Source of the DNA: Camelus dromedarius
Taxonomy: Eukaryota
Direction: 5' to 3'
DNA: 64,000 nucleotides
Assembly: GCF_036321535.1 (NCBI RefSeq)
Contig: NC_087437.1
Location: 26,228,001-26,292,000 of the forward strand
Positions 1 through 11,020 of this stretch are shown in pieces. Both the position numbers and the translations under genes were made by a program. Each line of letters opens with the position of its first letter. The first letter of the stretch is position 1. The notes below the pieces were generated by a model. The model did no database searches, was not told the origin of the DNA, and saw only the letters and a program-made list of their open reading frames with translations.

Positions 1-412
1 AGCAACTGAGGAGAACTCACCCCAATGGCGAAAGATTCGACTTCCGGTAGACCTTGAGCCTCATTATAGGATCATTCTAATATATTAGCACGCTACATGA
101 CACACCTGCGGGGCGCTATGACAGGTCTAGGATGACCATAAAAGGCCAAACGTGGGGGGCCCAGTTCCTGCAAATCTACGTCCCTCAACCAAACAGTTGG
201 AATAATCCTCCCACTTAATAGCATATGAAATTACCCAGTTCTTAAAAACTAGCCACCCCTTACCTGGGGCCGCCTCTCTCGCCTTCTGAGACTGCCTCTG
301 TCTATGGACGTGTATCTCTCTGAATAAATCTACTTTCACCCTACTATGGCTCACTCTTGAATTCTTTCCTGCATGAGACAAGAAAGACAAGAACCTATAC
401 TCGCCAGCAACA
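1..412 (+). mobile_element. 3' part of an ERV1 LTR, MER41-like (cut by the window start)
   Basis: AATAAA at 323-328 is followed by 'tctactttcaccctactatggctcactcttgaattctttcctgcatgaga...aagaacc' and a terminal 'aaca' at 409-412. This matches the recalled MER41-type R/U5 end. No internal ERV sequence follows. Confidence 0.75.
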
Positions 413-2989
413 AGTTCACTGGGCTTCCCAAGTTCACTTTCTCAGCAAGGGAATCCATGGAAGGCAGCCCCAGCCTCAAGCCCGAGGCTGGCAACATTTG
501 GCTCAAGTTTATTCAACAAGTGTGGACCGTATACCTATGGTGCCTGATACACTAAGCAGGTATAAAGATGAAAAACATTTTGTAAACATAAAATCCTGAC
601 TAGCAACAGAAACATGAAAGGCAAAGATAAAATCTTATCTGTAAAAATAGAACCCACTGGCTTCTTACAGCCCAGGAAAAGGCCTGGTGTTTTTGGACGA
701 ACTTACCCTCCAGTTCATGACCTATTACACTAACTTTATGGAAGGAAGCCACACAACAAAGACTTTCTGAAATAGAGAAGGCCTATGTAACACATTTTGT
801 ATTACTGGAAGCATACAAAGATATAAAAATAGGAATGACCATGAGTGCTTAATTTTGAAAGAATTTAGAGTTCGTAGCAACATAAGCTGCTTGCTGATCT
901 CTATGGGCAAAGATTTCATCTTCAAATGTAAGTGTTTGGTCCTTTTACTCCCCCTCCTCTCTGCCCTCCCTCCCTTAATATATTAGTTTCATGTTAGTGT
1001 CAGACGTTGCTCAGGGCTCCCTACCATCAACAGAGCTGTTAAGGCAGGACTTAGAAGCAGCCTCTTTTCCACCACAACCTAGCTAGGTGGTTAGAGAGAA
1101 CCACAGCAAAGAGATGGGAATTCAAAGGCAGCCTGGGGTTATAAAACCAAGACTGGCTGGCTCAAAGCTCAATTCCAATTCAGTGCTGCTTCGATTCATC
1201 CCCCTGCCAATCCCAGTTTCTCTTTAACCACTCCCTTCTTTCTTTTTTGGGAGGGTGCTAATATTTCTCTTCCAATGAACAGAAGCTCTTTTGATGACCA
1301 AAATGACCCTATGGGGCAAAGTGTTCTACACATAGTAGGTCCCTAAAAAACAATACTCCTGCAACCCATAAAACTTACCATAAATATTCACAAGCTCAAT
1401 TTAGGGCAAAAGTACATTATCTGGTTTTTAAAAATCAGACATTAAAAACTTTTTTGACTTACTAGACCAATTCACCACCCTCTTTATGTTATACAAAAGT
1501 ATACATACACTGAGGATTATTTGCTTAAAAACTGTTAACTGAAATAGCTTTGCAACTTGCTTATTGTGAACAGGTTCAATAAAACTCATCAGTGTTAAAA
1601 AATGAAAACTGAAACAGATTTGCATGAGGCTGATAATTTCCCAGAGCTTGCCAAGTAAATTGGACCCACTGTCAGCAGGCAACAAACGCTATGCCAGTGT
1701 TTAATCCAGTACCAGATGGCAAGACTTGCCCAAGACTCACATTAAAGTTTTGAAAATTTCCCCAATTAGAATTAAAATACAAATATGCAAAAGCTGGTCT
1801 ACTTCTTTTGTTGTATTCCAGGAATAAAGGCTGCCTATGTTTCAGTCGCATTAAATACGCCGGTAGTGTGTTCTGATTTAAATTTCAAGACCTAGGAAAT
1901 GACACACCAGATCTTACTCACATCTTGCATTTCTTTGAGTAGCGCCTCTTGCTTTGTTTTGTTTTTTTTGACAATGAAACTTAGCTCTTCTGACTGACAG
2001 CAGAGGTGGGTCTTAACCACAAGAACATAGACAGCTGGCATACACGCTTACTAATTCTCCCAGGCCCAGAGGCATACTCTTTCTCCAGATAGTGCCTCTG
2101 CTGTCACCTAAACCCAGAGAGTAGTAGGAGCTGCTCACAGTGGGAGCTCCACAGCAGTGGGAGTGACCATCGCTGTGGGAGCTCAAAGCCCACGTCTAAA
2201 CAGGCAACCCAACCTCATTAGTCGCCATCGGTAAATTGATCCCCTCTGCTTAACCCCATCAGTCAGGCTGGATGATACGGACTCAGCTTTTGAATACACT
2301 GAAAATGGGAAATAAAGTGCTGGCCCTTCACCTGGCCGAATAGATACATAGCTCATGTCTTACTTTCTTTCTAAAGCCATCAATCTCCCTCCCAAGTTGT
2401 CATCCTTCCTATTGTTAACCCAATTGGTGCTTCTCTGTCCCAAAGCAGTTTTCACAACACTATGATTGGTTACAACTCTTCTTCTGTTCTGCCCTAATCC
2501 TAAACAGTACCATCTCTTGCCAGCACAAGCAGAAGAATAAAAGACACAAAGAGGCGAAAGTCAGGGTGCAAATGTACCTAGCTGACACATCCATTAGCAA
2601 AACATTCTTATCATTCATGGATTGAGTCCCAAAGCTATAAAAACCGACTCCCTCATGCGATACAATAAAGGTGAGTGTTCACATAATAGAAGGCTGACGA
2701 AGTTCAGCCTTCTCTGAAACCGCAAGGAATTTATTTAAAAGGTTCCGGTCAGGTTTTCACTTCGGCAGCTCAACAAACATAGCTGCAGTCTATGACACGG
2801 GAATAATAACTCATATATAAGTAGGGGGTTTTTTTAGGCTCCTCTAATAAAAGATGATACAGGACAGAGCATTATTTTGGTACCCGTTTCCGGTCTCTAC
2901 CATTCACTTGCCAATTCAAAAAATGTCAGAGTTCTCTGGAATTCCGAATGAATGGCAGGGATTGTATTTTTAACTACCAGGCTCTAATC

Positions 2990-3480
2990 CTCGACTTCCA
3001 TCACAGCCGTGCCAAGAAGCCTCCACTTGTTGAAATTAGCCGCGGTAGGAGCCGCAGCGGCGTGAAAGGTCTGCGGGCGCTTCCGCCGGGCCAGCTGCCG
3101 GGATCTGCCTCCGCGAATCCTTTCCACCCAGCATCTCCGGATTTTCTGCACGTTCATTCCTGAACCTGCTCGGTCCGGGAAGAGGCTGAGTCAGGCGGAG
3201 CTGCCGTCATACCCGAAGTGCGGAGCGAGCCCACTTGAGGCTGTAACAGCCTTAGTTCCTTCCTGCAGGGGTTTACTTACCAGTTTCGTCCCTGGGGTAG
3301 GAAAGAAGGGGGGGGGGGCACTCTGAACGCGCCACTTTGGGAACCTGGTGACTCACTAACACAGCCCTGAGGTGTGACTCACCAACCTTGCTTCAGAGGG
3401 TGAGCTATTGTGTGAGAGGCACCCCGTCATCCCCGCTGAGGTCCCCAAAGCCACCCGACACTGGCAAACCTGACGTCGTC
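2990..3480. promoter_or_regulatory. Small CpG-rich element with three AP-1 sites; candidate enhancer or alternative promoter
   Basis: About 23 CpGs in 2990-3240 by hand count. TGAGTCA at 3187-3193, TGACTCA at 3349-3355 and 3375-3381, and a near-CRE TGACGTCG at 3471-3478. Not recognisable as a repeat. Confidence 0.65.
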
Positions 3481-5174
3481 TCTTTAAACTGGGCCAACTC
3501 TGGCTTAACCTCATTTTTCCTATTCCCCAAAAAAGCAAGAAGTAAAAGAAAAGGACTGCATTTTTGTTTGATTGTTTGCCTTTGGCCAAGCGCCCTTCTA
3601 AAGAATTCTGACTGTATTGCAATTGTATTATCTACGCTTAGCATTTTTTTTTTCTCTTTTCATTTCGGGATCGATAATAGTATTAAAAGACTTATAAATT
3701 ATATTAAGTTTCTTGTGTTGAAACCGAACAGCAATGTAAGAGTTGATTTTTACCATGTTTCATTATTTCCAGATATCAAGTATAAAATGTGGACTGAGTA
3801 CATATTTTCCCACTTTCTCCTTTTTTACAAACAAAAATATGGGATGGAGCTGAGGAGAAGTGAAGGAAAAATGAGGCTCTTAATGAAAGGTAAATTCTAG
3901 AATTATCCGTAGGAAGTGAAAGGCATTCATCCATTCATTCATTTGAGAAGCTGTGTTTACAGTGGGGCTGTATCTTCCATGGGCATTCAGTTCCAAAATC
4001 AGTTTTGGCAAATGTAGAGTGTGATGAAAATTACAACTGAAAATCCTTTAAATGGCCCATAACGTACCATCTACTACACTTTGTGTATATTATAAGGTCT
4101 TTACTTAAGTCCAACACAGCCAAGTACTTCCAGAGTTAGGACATGGTACTATTTCTACAGCCAAGCTCCAGAGGAAGTGATGCTGTCCCCAAAACTTATG
4201 TTGGGATTTGCTAGGCATGTAGAGTTGAATTCATGGCACTTAAACAGGCATATGGTCCTGAAGACCTCGGTATCCTCTGCTCTGGGATGGACGTAACAAC
4301 AGATGATCTAGCATCAGCCCCAGGAGCTGGCAAATGAATGTGGAGGTCGTGGCAATGAAATAAAGGGTGGTGTGGAGGTGAACAGAGCACAGACCCTATT
4401 TTTATTGTTATTATAAATGGTCCAAAGCCTGACATTCTGTCTCAATAGCTGCATGTTAGATATGGTCCCTGTATCAGCTGCATCTGACATCTGGGAAGCA
4501 GCTTTAATCTCGAAATCAGTTTTTAAAAGAATTTTTTTTAAGCCACCAAACTACTCTAAATGCTCACTTTGAAAATTGTTTTTCCAGGCTCTCCGTGCCC
4601 AGCACATGTTTCAACGTGTTGTTTTTCCAGTTGTTCTTAAATGGGACATTGACACACTGTTTGTGCTAACGGGGCCAAATGAATTAAATGTCACTTGCCT
4701 AAAGGAAGATGGCAAAGCCCCCTTAAAACCGAAAATTTTTTTGGGTTAGTCTAGTTTCTCCTCTATTCATGTGGAGAGAGTCAAGTCCTTTTTGTTGGTT
4801 TTGTTTTCTCAATTCTGGGAAGAGGATGAGCCACCCTGGGCTCTGGCTGTCGGTCACTTCTTGCACATGTTTGAAAGACAAGACACATGGAACTAGAGAA
4901 AAGACTGGCACGAACCCCAACCCCAGTCTGGAGAAAGACTGGAGATGCTTTTCAGAGCCAGCATCTCATTTCACAAGAGGAGGATCGAAGACAATAAAAG
5001 GGGCGAGGTGGAGGGTGTCGAGTCAGGCTTCCAAGGCAGGGAGGGGAAAGGGACACTGTGGGCCTTGAAGATAATCACTGGGCAACACTGATTATGTTTC
5101 CTGTAAACCCAGCCCACAACATCTCTTTATGTGTATTTCTTGGCATCTTTGGTTGTAAGCATCACCCAAATGAG

Positions 5175-5290
5175 GCAGTGGTGCAGTGGTTTTGAACTCT
5201 TACTCTGCTATTAACCAGTGAGGAGACCACTGAAACTTAACATCTCTGAGCCTCAGTTTCCTCCACTGTAAAATGGGTATAAGAACAGCC
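5175..5290 (+). mobile_element. MIR SINE fragment
   Basis: MIR core 'cttaacatctctgagcctcagtttcctccactgtaaaatgggtataa'. Confidence 0.8.
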
Positions 5291-6345
5291 ATTTTGAATA
5301 TTTCATCAAATAACCAAAGTAAAACATTATAATATAATAAAATATTAATTCCCCTCCTTTCCCTTATGAAAATCTATCCCAATTGTTTAAAAAGATCTGA
5401 GGGATTCAAATGCAAAAAATTAGCTAACACCCTGTGCTACAATGAACCCAAGAAATTGGGGGAAAATATTGTTGGACATCAATTCACTGCAGATCAATTT
5501 GATTTCACATAGTCAGAGTAGCTAAGTAATAACTAATCTAGAGATGAAAACATTCTCAAAAAGCAAAAGAACTAGCAAATCACCATCTTCAGGGTGGCTC
5601 CTTCACCTCCACTCCCTCTTTTTTTTTGCGCTTTCTAATAATAACAATTCTCAGATCCAATGTAAGGAAAGGCCAAAGCTGAGATTCCTTTAGTGCCCTT
5701 GTTAGACACCGTTCGTGGTGATGAGGATCCCATGTCAGCACAAGACTTTCAGCCTCATGCTTAAAGTAGAAAAGATTTCAGCTTGAAGTGAAAAGCATAA
5801 GGTTGAACACTAGAAAAAGAGTATCCAATGGCTTTCCATTCTTCCTAACAGAGATGCTCCAGAAGTTTTATAATTTGGTTTTTACTCATTTACAGGATGA
5901 CTATAGTTCATCCCAAAAAGTGGGGGCACAGATCTGATACAGAAATGCAGGAAGACCTGAAGCTTCTGTGACTCAACAAAATGGAAAAACAAATTTTGCC
6001 TAAAAAGTACTATAGTTTTATACAAAGCATATTCATGCAAACTCCAAAGAGAGGTAGCTTTGTATCCACAGGTGGATGTTAATCAAAAATATACTACTGC
6101 TTTAATCTCTTATATTCAACAAAGAACAGAAATATGCCCCTGTTTCAATTTTTTTATGATTTACTTCCCCATCCAAACCACACTATTCTTCACTTAGGTA
6201 GCTGGTGGAAGCTAAAAGGGTGGCAGAATAGTAAGTAGTTTTAATTTTCTCTTTTAAAAACTTTCCCATTTTCTAAAATTTCAGCAATGGACATGTACTG
6301 TTTTTTAAAATTTATTCTTAATGTTTTGATTTTACAATCTTACAA

Positions 6346-6402
6346 TATATATACATATATATATATATGTATATATATATACATACATACATACATATAC
6401 AT
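6346..6402. repeat. (TA)n/(TACA)n compound microsatellite
   Basis: Directly visible. Confidence 0.9.
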
Positions 6403-6559
6403 GTGAAGAAAAATTGTAAATATGTCAAAAATCCCCACATCAACCCTCTGCAGAATGTGTGGTTTAAACAAAAGAAAAAAACACAGCTTCAGGAAAACAG
6501 CTTTAAAAATGCCCTTAAAATGTTCACCAAAGAACCCACAGCCCTACTGAGGGTCACTC

Positions 6560-7370
6560 TTGCATATTACTAAATTTAACTGGGTAACATCTTTCTGGAA
6601 GGTAGTTTGTCAACACATAACAAAATCCTTGAAAAAGCTTTGAACCAGAAACTCCACTTCCACAAAGCTTATACCAAGGAAACAGATAATGGCAGAGATG
6701 ACCAGCTGTTTCTGAATCTCTCCCTCTTCAGGGTACTAGATGTGGCCATGAGACTAAGTTCTAGGCAATAAACAGAAGTGCTATGTGAAATTCTGGGGCA
6801 GTTCTTTAAATGGAAGGGATACACAGACTTTTCTGCTTTCTACCCTTCTTTTTTCCAGCTTGGATTGTGGATGTGATTGCCAGAGCTACAGCAGCCCTCT
6901 TAAATCATGAGGAATGAAATCCACTGAGTAAGAACAACAAAGTAGAAAAAAGATAAGCACAGGTGGAACCACCACATCAGCCCTTGACTGCCTTACTTTA
7001 ATGTTAGAGATAAATAAATCATCTCATTTCATATCCCTGTTAATCACAAACATAATTCCAAGCCAATATAACAAGTATGCAATATGTATATGCAGGGATG
7101 TTCACTGCAGTTTTGTTTATATCTCAAATGTGTTAAATGGTTAAATAAATTATGATTAAGCCGGACAATGGAAGATGGAATGGATATTATAAATGGCATA
7201 AATTTTTTTAAATGGAAAGATGTTCATAATATATTGCTAAGTGAACATAATCCCACTTTGGTTAACATCCATACCTATGAATAAGGGGAAAGGAGGCTGT
7301 ATTCATATCTTTAGATTTCTTGGTACTTTCTCCATTTTGTACAATAAGCATTATTTTTTCAATCAGAAAA
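6560..7370 (+). mobile_element. Old L1M (L1ME-like) 3' fragments interrupted by a MaLR LTR
   Basis: 'tttctggaaggtagtttgtcaaca...tttgaaccagaaactccacttc' resumes at about 7070 with 'gcagggatgttcactgcagttttgtttat...tggttaaataaattatg'. Confidence 0.6.
6700..7060. mobile_element. MaLR LTR (MLT1J/K-like)
   Basis: Motifs 'gtggccatgagactaagttctaggcaat', 'gatgtgattgccagagctacagcagccctctt...catgagg' and 'ccaccacatcagcccttgactgcc'. Confidence 0.65.
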
Positions 7371-8754
7371 AAGGAGAATGTGAAAAGATATCCTCCCTTC
7401 CTCCAAGTGAACTCACTTCCTGCTTAAAAAATAACGTTGCATTCCACATTTGAACCTGTAACTGCTAATTACAGATCCGAGAATAATTCCACAGCTGGAG
7501 TGTAGGGCTGAACATCTTGTCAGTCCCTTAACTGTGAGTTGGGAAAGGCGCCATTGTAATACTCCCCTGAGTGCTTAGCCTAAAGGTGCTGTGAACCAGG
7601 GAGGGGCATGAGGGGGTAGAAGGGAAGCAGTAGAAGGAAGGGATAAGGAGGATCAAGGGAAATTCTATAATTAAGCAATATTTCATGGCTGCCTCTGGCA
7701 GCTGTTTGAGCAAAGGGGAGACTCTGAACGAGGCGTCAACAGACGAACAGCTCTGTCCTCGGGCAGATCAAGCAGGGTCTGTCATCCCGAGCCCTGTCTC
7801 CACTTCACAGGACAATCTGGGGCATCTTATATCCAGCACCTGTCAGCTTTGGAGACTCCCAGCTGCGGTGCTGTTATTGCTGTCATCTGCCTAATCCAGA
7901 AGGGAGAGGCATTTATTGCATCCAGAAAGATTAGGATGAAACTAACTTCGATTCTTCTTATGAAAGAGAATGCATGCCTTCTATAACTGTGTTTGTTTTC
8001 TTCTTGTCCCTCCTGACTTTTTTCTTTTTGTATTAAAGGGAGAAACATACCCTTGCAGCTGTATTTTTCATTTTTTAACCCCTACATTAATTATATAGAC
8101 ACTCCAAATAATGGTTTAAATTTAGTCTGATGACCAACCACAAAGGTCCTCCTCCTCCCACTTAGAGACACATCCTGCCTTCAGACCCGTTTCACAGTTC
8201 CCACTGACTTGGACAGGAACTCTGTGCGAGGAATGAAGCAGGATATAGACAGTAATAATTGTCAGAGGAAATGGGATTTTCTTTACAGGATGCATTTAGA
8301 TTTTTCCTTTCCATAAGATTTTTCTAAAAAGGGTGTTGAAATTGAAACTGAAGGAGACTTTAAATAAGCTTTCAACTTCTCAGCAGTTCCAACATTGAAT
8401 TTAGTGTAGAAAGTCTGACCCTGAGCAGATACTCAAAAACTACTCACCCATGAAATCAATGACTGAAAAATAGGAAGGAAGGAGTTAATATATTTAATGG
8501 GTTTTCTTTAACAAATCATTTTGCTTCTCAGCATCTGTATCAAATGAATCTTCTGCAGATCTCATATATCCTTATTTATCAAGTACTCAAAAACTCATCC
8601 AGGAAGATTTGTTCTTTACAAGTCCCTGGAAGGACATAAAAGTTAAAGAATGCTGCAACATCCTCTAAAACAAATGAAAGCAGTATCAGTTCATTCCAGA
8701 TTGATTCAAAAAACTAAGCAACCAAATCTCCAAGTGCCACCCACCATGGGCCCT

Positions 8755-8838
8755 GAAAGTGCACCATCTCTGGCATATAGTAGACACTCAATAAATAAAT
8801 GTTTGTCAAATGAATGAATGAACGAATGAATGGATGAA
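8755..8838 (+). mobile_element. L2 3' end
   Basis: 'ctggcatatagtagacactcaataaataaatgtttgtcaaatgaatgaatgaa'. Confidence 0.75.
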
Positions 8839-9323
8839 TCGGTATTATATTCATTAACAATGACAATCATGATAACAGTGATTCATTATTAGTCATACAT
8901 CAAAATATTCACAATAATGATGGTAATAATAATGTCTGATAGTAACAGTTGACATTTACATAACATCTTATAGCTTCAAAAATGATCTTAATTTGATCCT
9001 CACCTAACAGACTTATTAACCTCCATTTTTAAATCCAGAAACTCAGTTGGGAAAAGTTAAATGACTTTATAAATTTCTTGAGGTTCTATGTGACACAGCA
9101 GAGAGCCCAATCTTGTTTACAGAGCCAAGTCTGGGGCTTTTCTCCAAGACATGATACTGCCTTGTGAACTCAAAAAGGCCGATGCAAATAACCTGGAGCA
9201 TTAGGAAGGAAGGATAAGAGGGTATGGACAGTTGCCTGATAGCCTGACTGTTCTGGTCCTGGAGTAACATCCCCTACAGGCTCTCCTTCAGAAGAAAGGG
9301 CCCTTTAAGATAGGTTCTTGGCC

Positions 9324-9413
9324 GGGTTGGGGGTTGCCTCAGTGGTACAGTGCATGCTTAGCATGCACAAGGTCCTGGGTTCAATCACCAGTACCTCCAT
9401 TAAAAAAAAAAAA
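9324..9413 (+). mobile_element. Vic-1-type tRNA-derived SINE (short form)
   Basis: A-box-like 'gcctcagtgg', body 'gcatgcttagcatgcacaaggtcctgggttcaatc', and an A tail. Confidence 0.9.
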
Positions 9414-10764
9414 TTCTCCCATCTTGCTTCAGTAACACACCACCACCCTCCTCATCCCTCCTGAAGCCCCTGAGTCCCGTAGTATGTAAACTTGCCTGTA
9501 AAGCTGACCTTTTAACTGGCCTGGTTTTAATCAGGCCCATCCTGTCAAGAAAAGGGACTTCCGTGACAGTAACACAAATTAGCCACATGTGATCCTGTAG
9601 TCAACGCCAGAGAGGAAGAAGAGGAAGAGATACAAATACGACTTTAACAAACATAAACCAAATACAAAGCCAAGCTCTCCGTTATGACCTCAGAGGAAGA
9701 GTTGAAAGGACTCTGAAGATGGATTTGGAGACCCCAAGGTAGCCTGCATTGAGCAGGGCAGGAGAGCCAGGCGACGTGGGTGGTGACGTCAAAGGCTCAG
9801 CCTCCGGGAAAGCTGGCTCTTTCAGAAACCTGACCCTGACGACAGCCGCTTCAGCCTGATGTGTCTTTAGTTTTTGTTAATGTTGATGGCTAGGAAAAAT
9901 ATTCAAGAAAGGTTGGAGTTCCATAAATGTGTTCATCCTATAATGTGAGGTTACTAGCTTTCATCGTTGACTGTAACTATTCTCAACATGTGGATTCATC
10001 TTTCCTATTTTATTTTTTCCAAAGGGGAAAAAGAAAGTATTGGTGATCATTCTAATTTTCCTAAATTACCCCCTTTTAGCTTTTTATAACATTTTACCTT
10101 TTTAACCTTCACACAAAGTACATTTCTGTGATGTGCTCTGAAATGAAAATAGTTGTACTAGAAGAAACTTAGGTTAGGATTTGCATTCATTTAAAACCAC
10201 TTGTTGAGAAAAGGTTCACATGTGCATATTCAGACACATAATAAGTACGATGTTAGTACAAAGTGCAGGAATATGTACACGTTAGTTATCATGCGTTGCC
10301 TAAAGTGAGAAGAGGGTAGAAGCCTATTACTACATTGAAATGAAATCAAGAGGAAAATGACAGAAACTTGACTTTATATGAATATCTAAATAAATGATCT
10401 GTATTTTCTTAGTTTGCTCCAAAATGTTCCTTGAACATTAAATTTTTGTCAACATGGTCCTACAAAAGGAGACTAAGATAAGCCAGGAAATTAAGTTTTG
10501 GTCTGGAAAATTCCCATAATACTGATAACTATTTTTACAAAAAGATGAAAGTGAAAGTGTGCCCTTAGCTGGGGGTACAGGGTGGAGGTGGTAACCAGTC
10601 CTAAGTCACTGTGAGCTAATGAGGTGGATACTTCTGAGTCTGCCAACAGCATCACGGCATGGATGGCCCTCATGTGACATTTCAACCTAAAAGCTGCTTC
10701 TCAGGTGACAAAGGCTTTTGGGCTCAGTCACATTGGCTGTGAGGAGATGCAGCTCCGGGCAGGG

Positions 10765-11020
10765 TAAGCTCAAATATGTTCTATGGGATATTAGTCCAAA
10801 AAGATAATCGCCCAAGCCTACACCTAAAAAAAGTTTTGTTATCAAATAAGTTTGGGAAACACAGAATGTTAATTTCCCCTCCTAAAATGTATACAATATA
10901 TAAGCCATTATTATAAAAGGCTCTGTGTTTAAATTAGCTTAACCCAACGTTTCTCCAATTTATTTTAGGGGTTATCTTTTTTCACTTTATTAATATGCTG
11001 TAGGGTACATTTTAGGAATT
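10765..11020. mobile_element. Non-autonomous hAT-Charlie MITE (MER112/113-like)
   Basis: 'tcaaataagtttgggaaac...aaaggctctg...ttaacccaacgtttctccaatttattt' with internal inverted similarity. Confidence 0.55.

Noticed and set aside
1916..1995. Minus-strand SEELSFIVKKNKTKQEALLKEMQD followed by GTGAGT
   Set aside because: Poor acceptor context and a weak exonic donor side (GAT|), and the frame depends on a simple A-run.
2138..2184. Three GTGGGAG motifs as RBPJ sites
   Set aside because: All miss the GTGGGAA consensus; more likely a small local duplication.
2664..2676. Plus-strand consensus donor AAG|GTGAGT (others near 29971 and 30419)
   Set aside because: No convincing paired acceptors were seen. 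They show the chance rate of donors and temper the minus-strand exon calls.
3388..3900. 170-aa plus-strand ORF at the CpG element
   Set aside because: Non-ATG start; runs into AT-rich, intron-like sequence with no recognisable homology.
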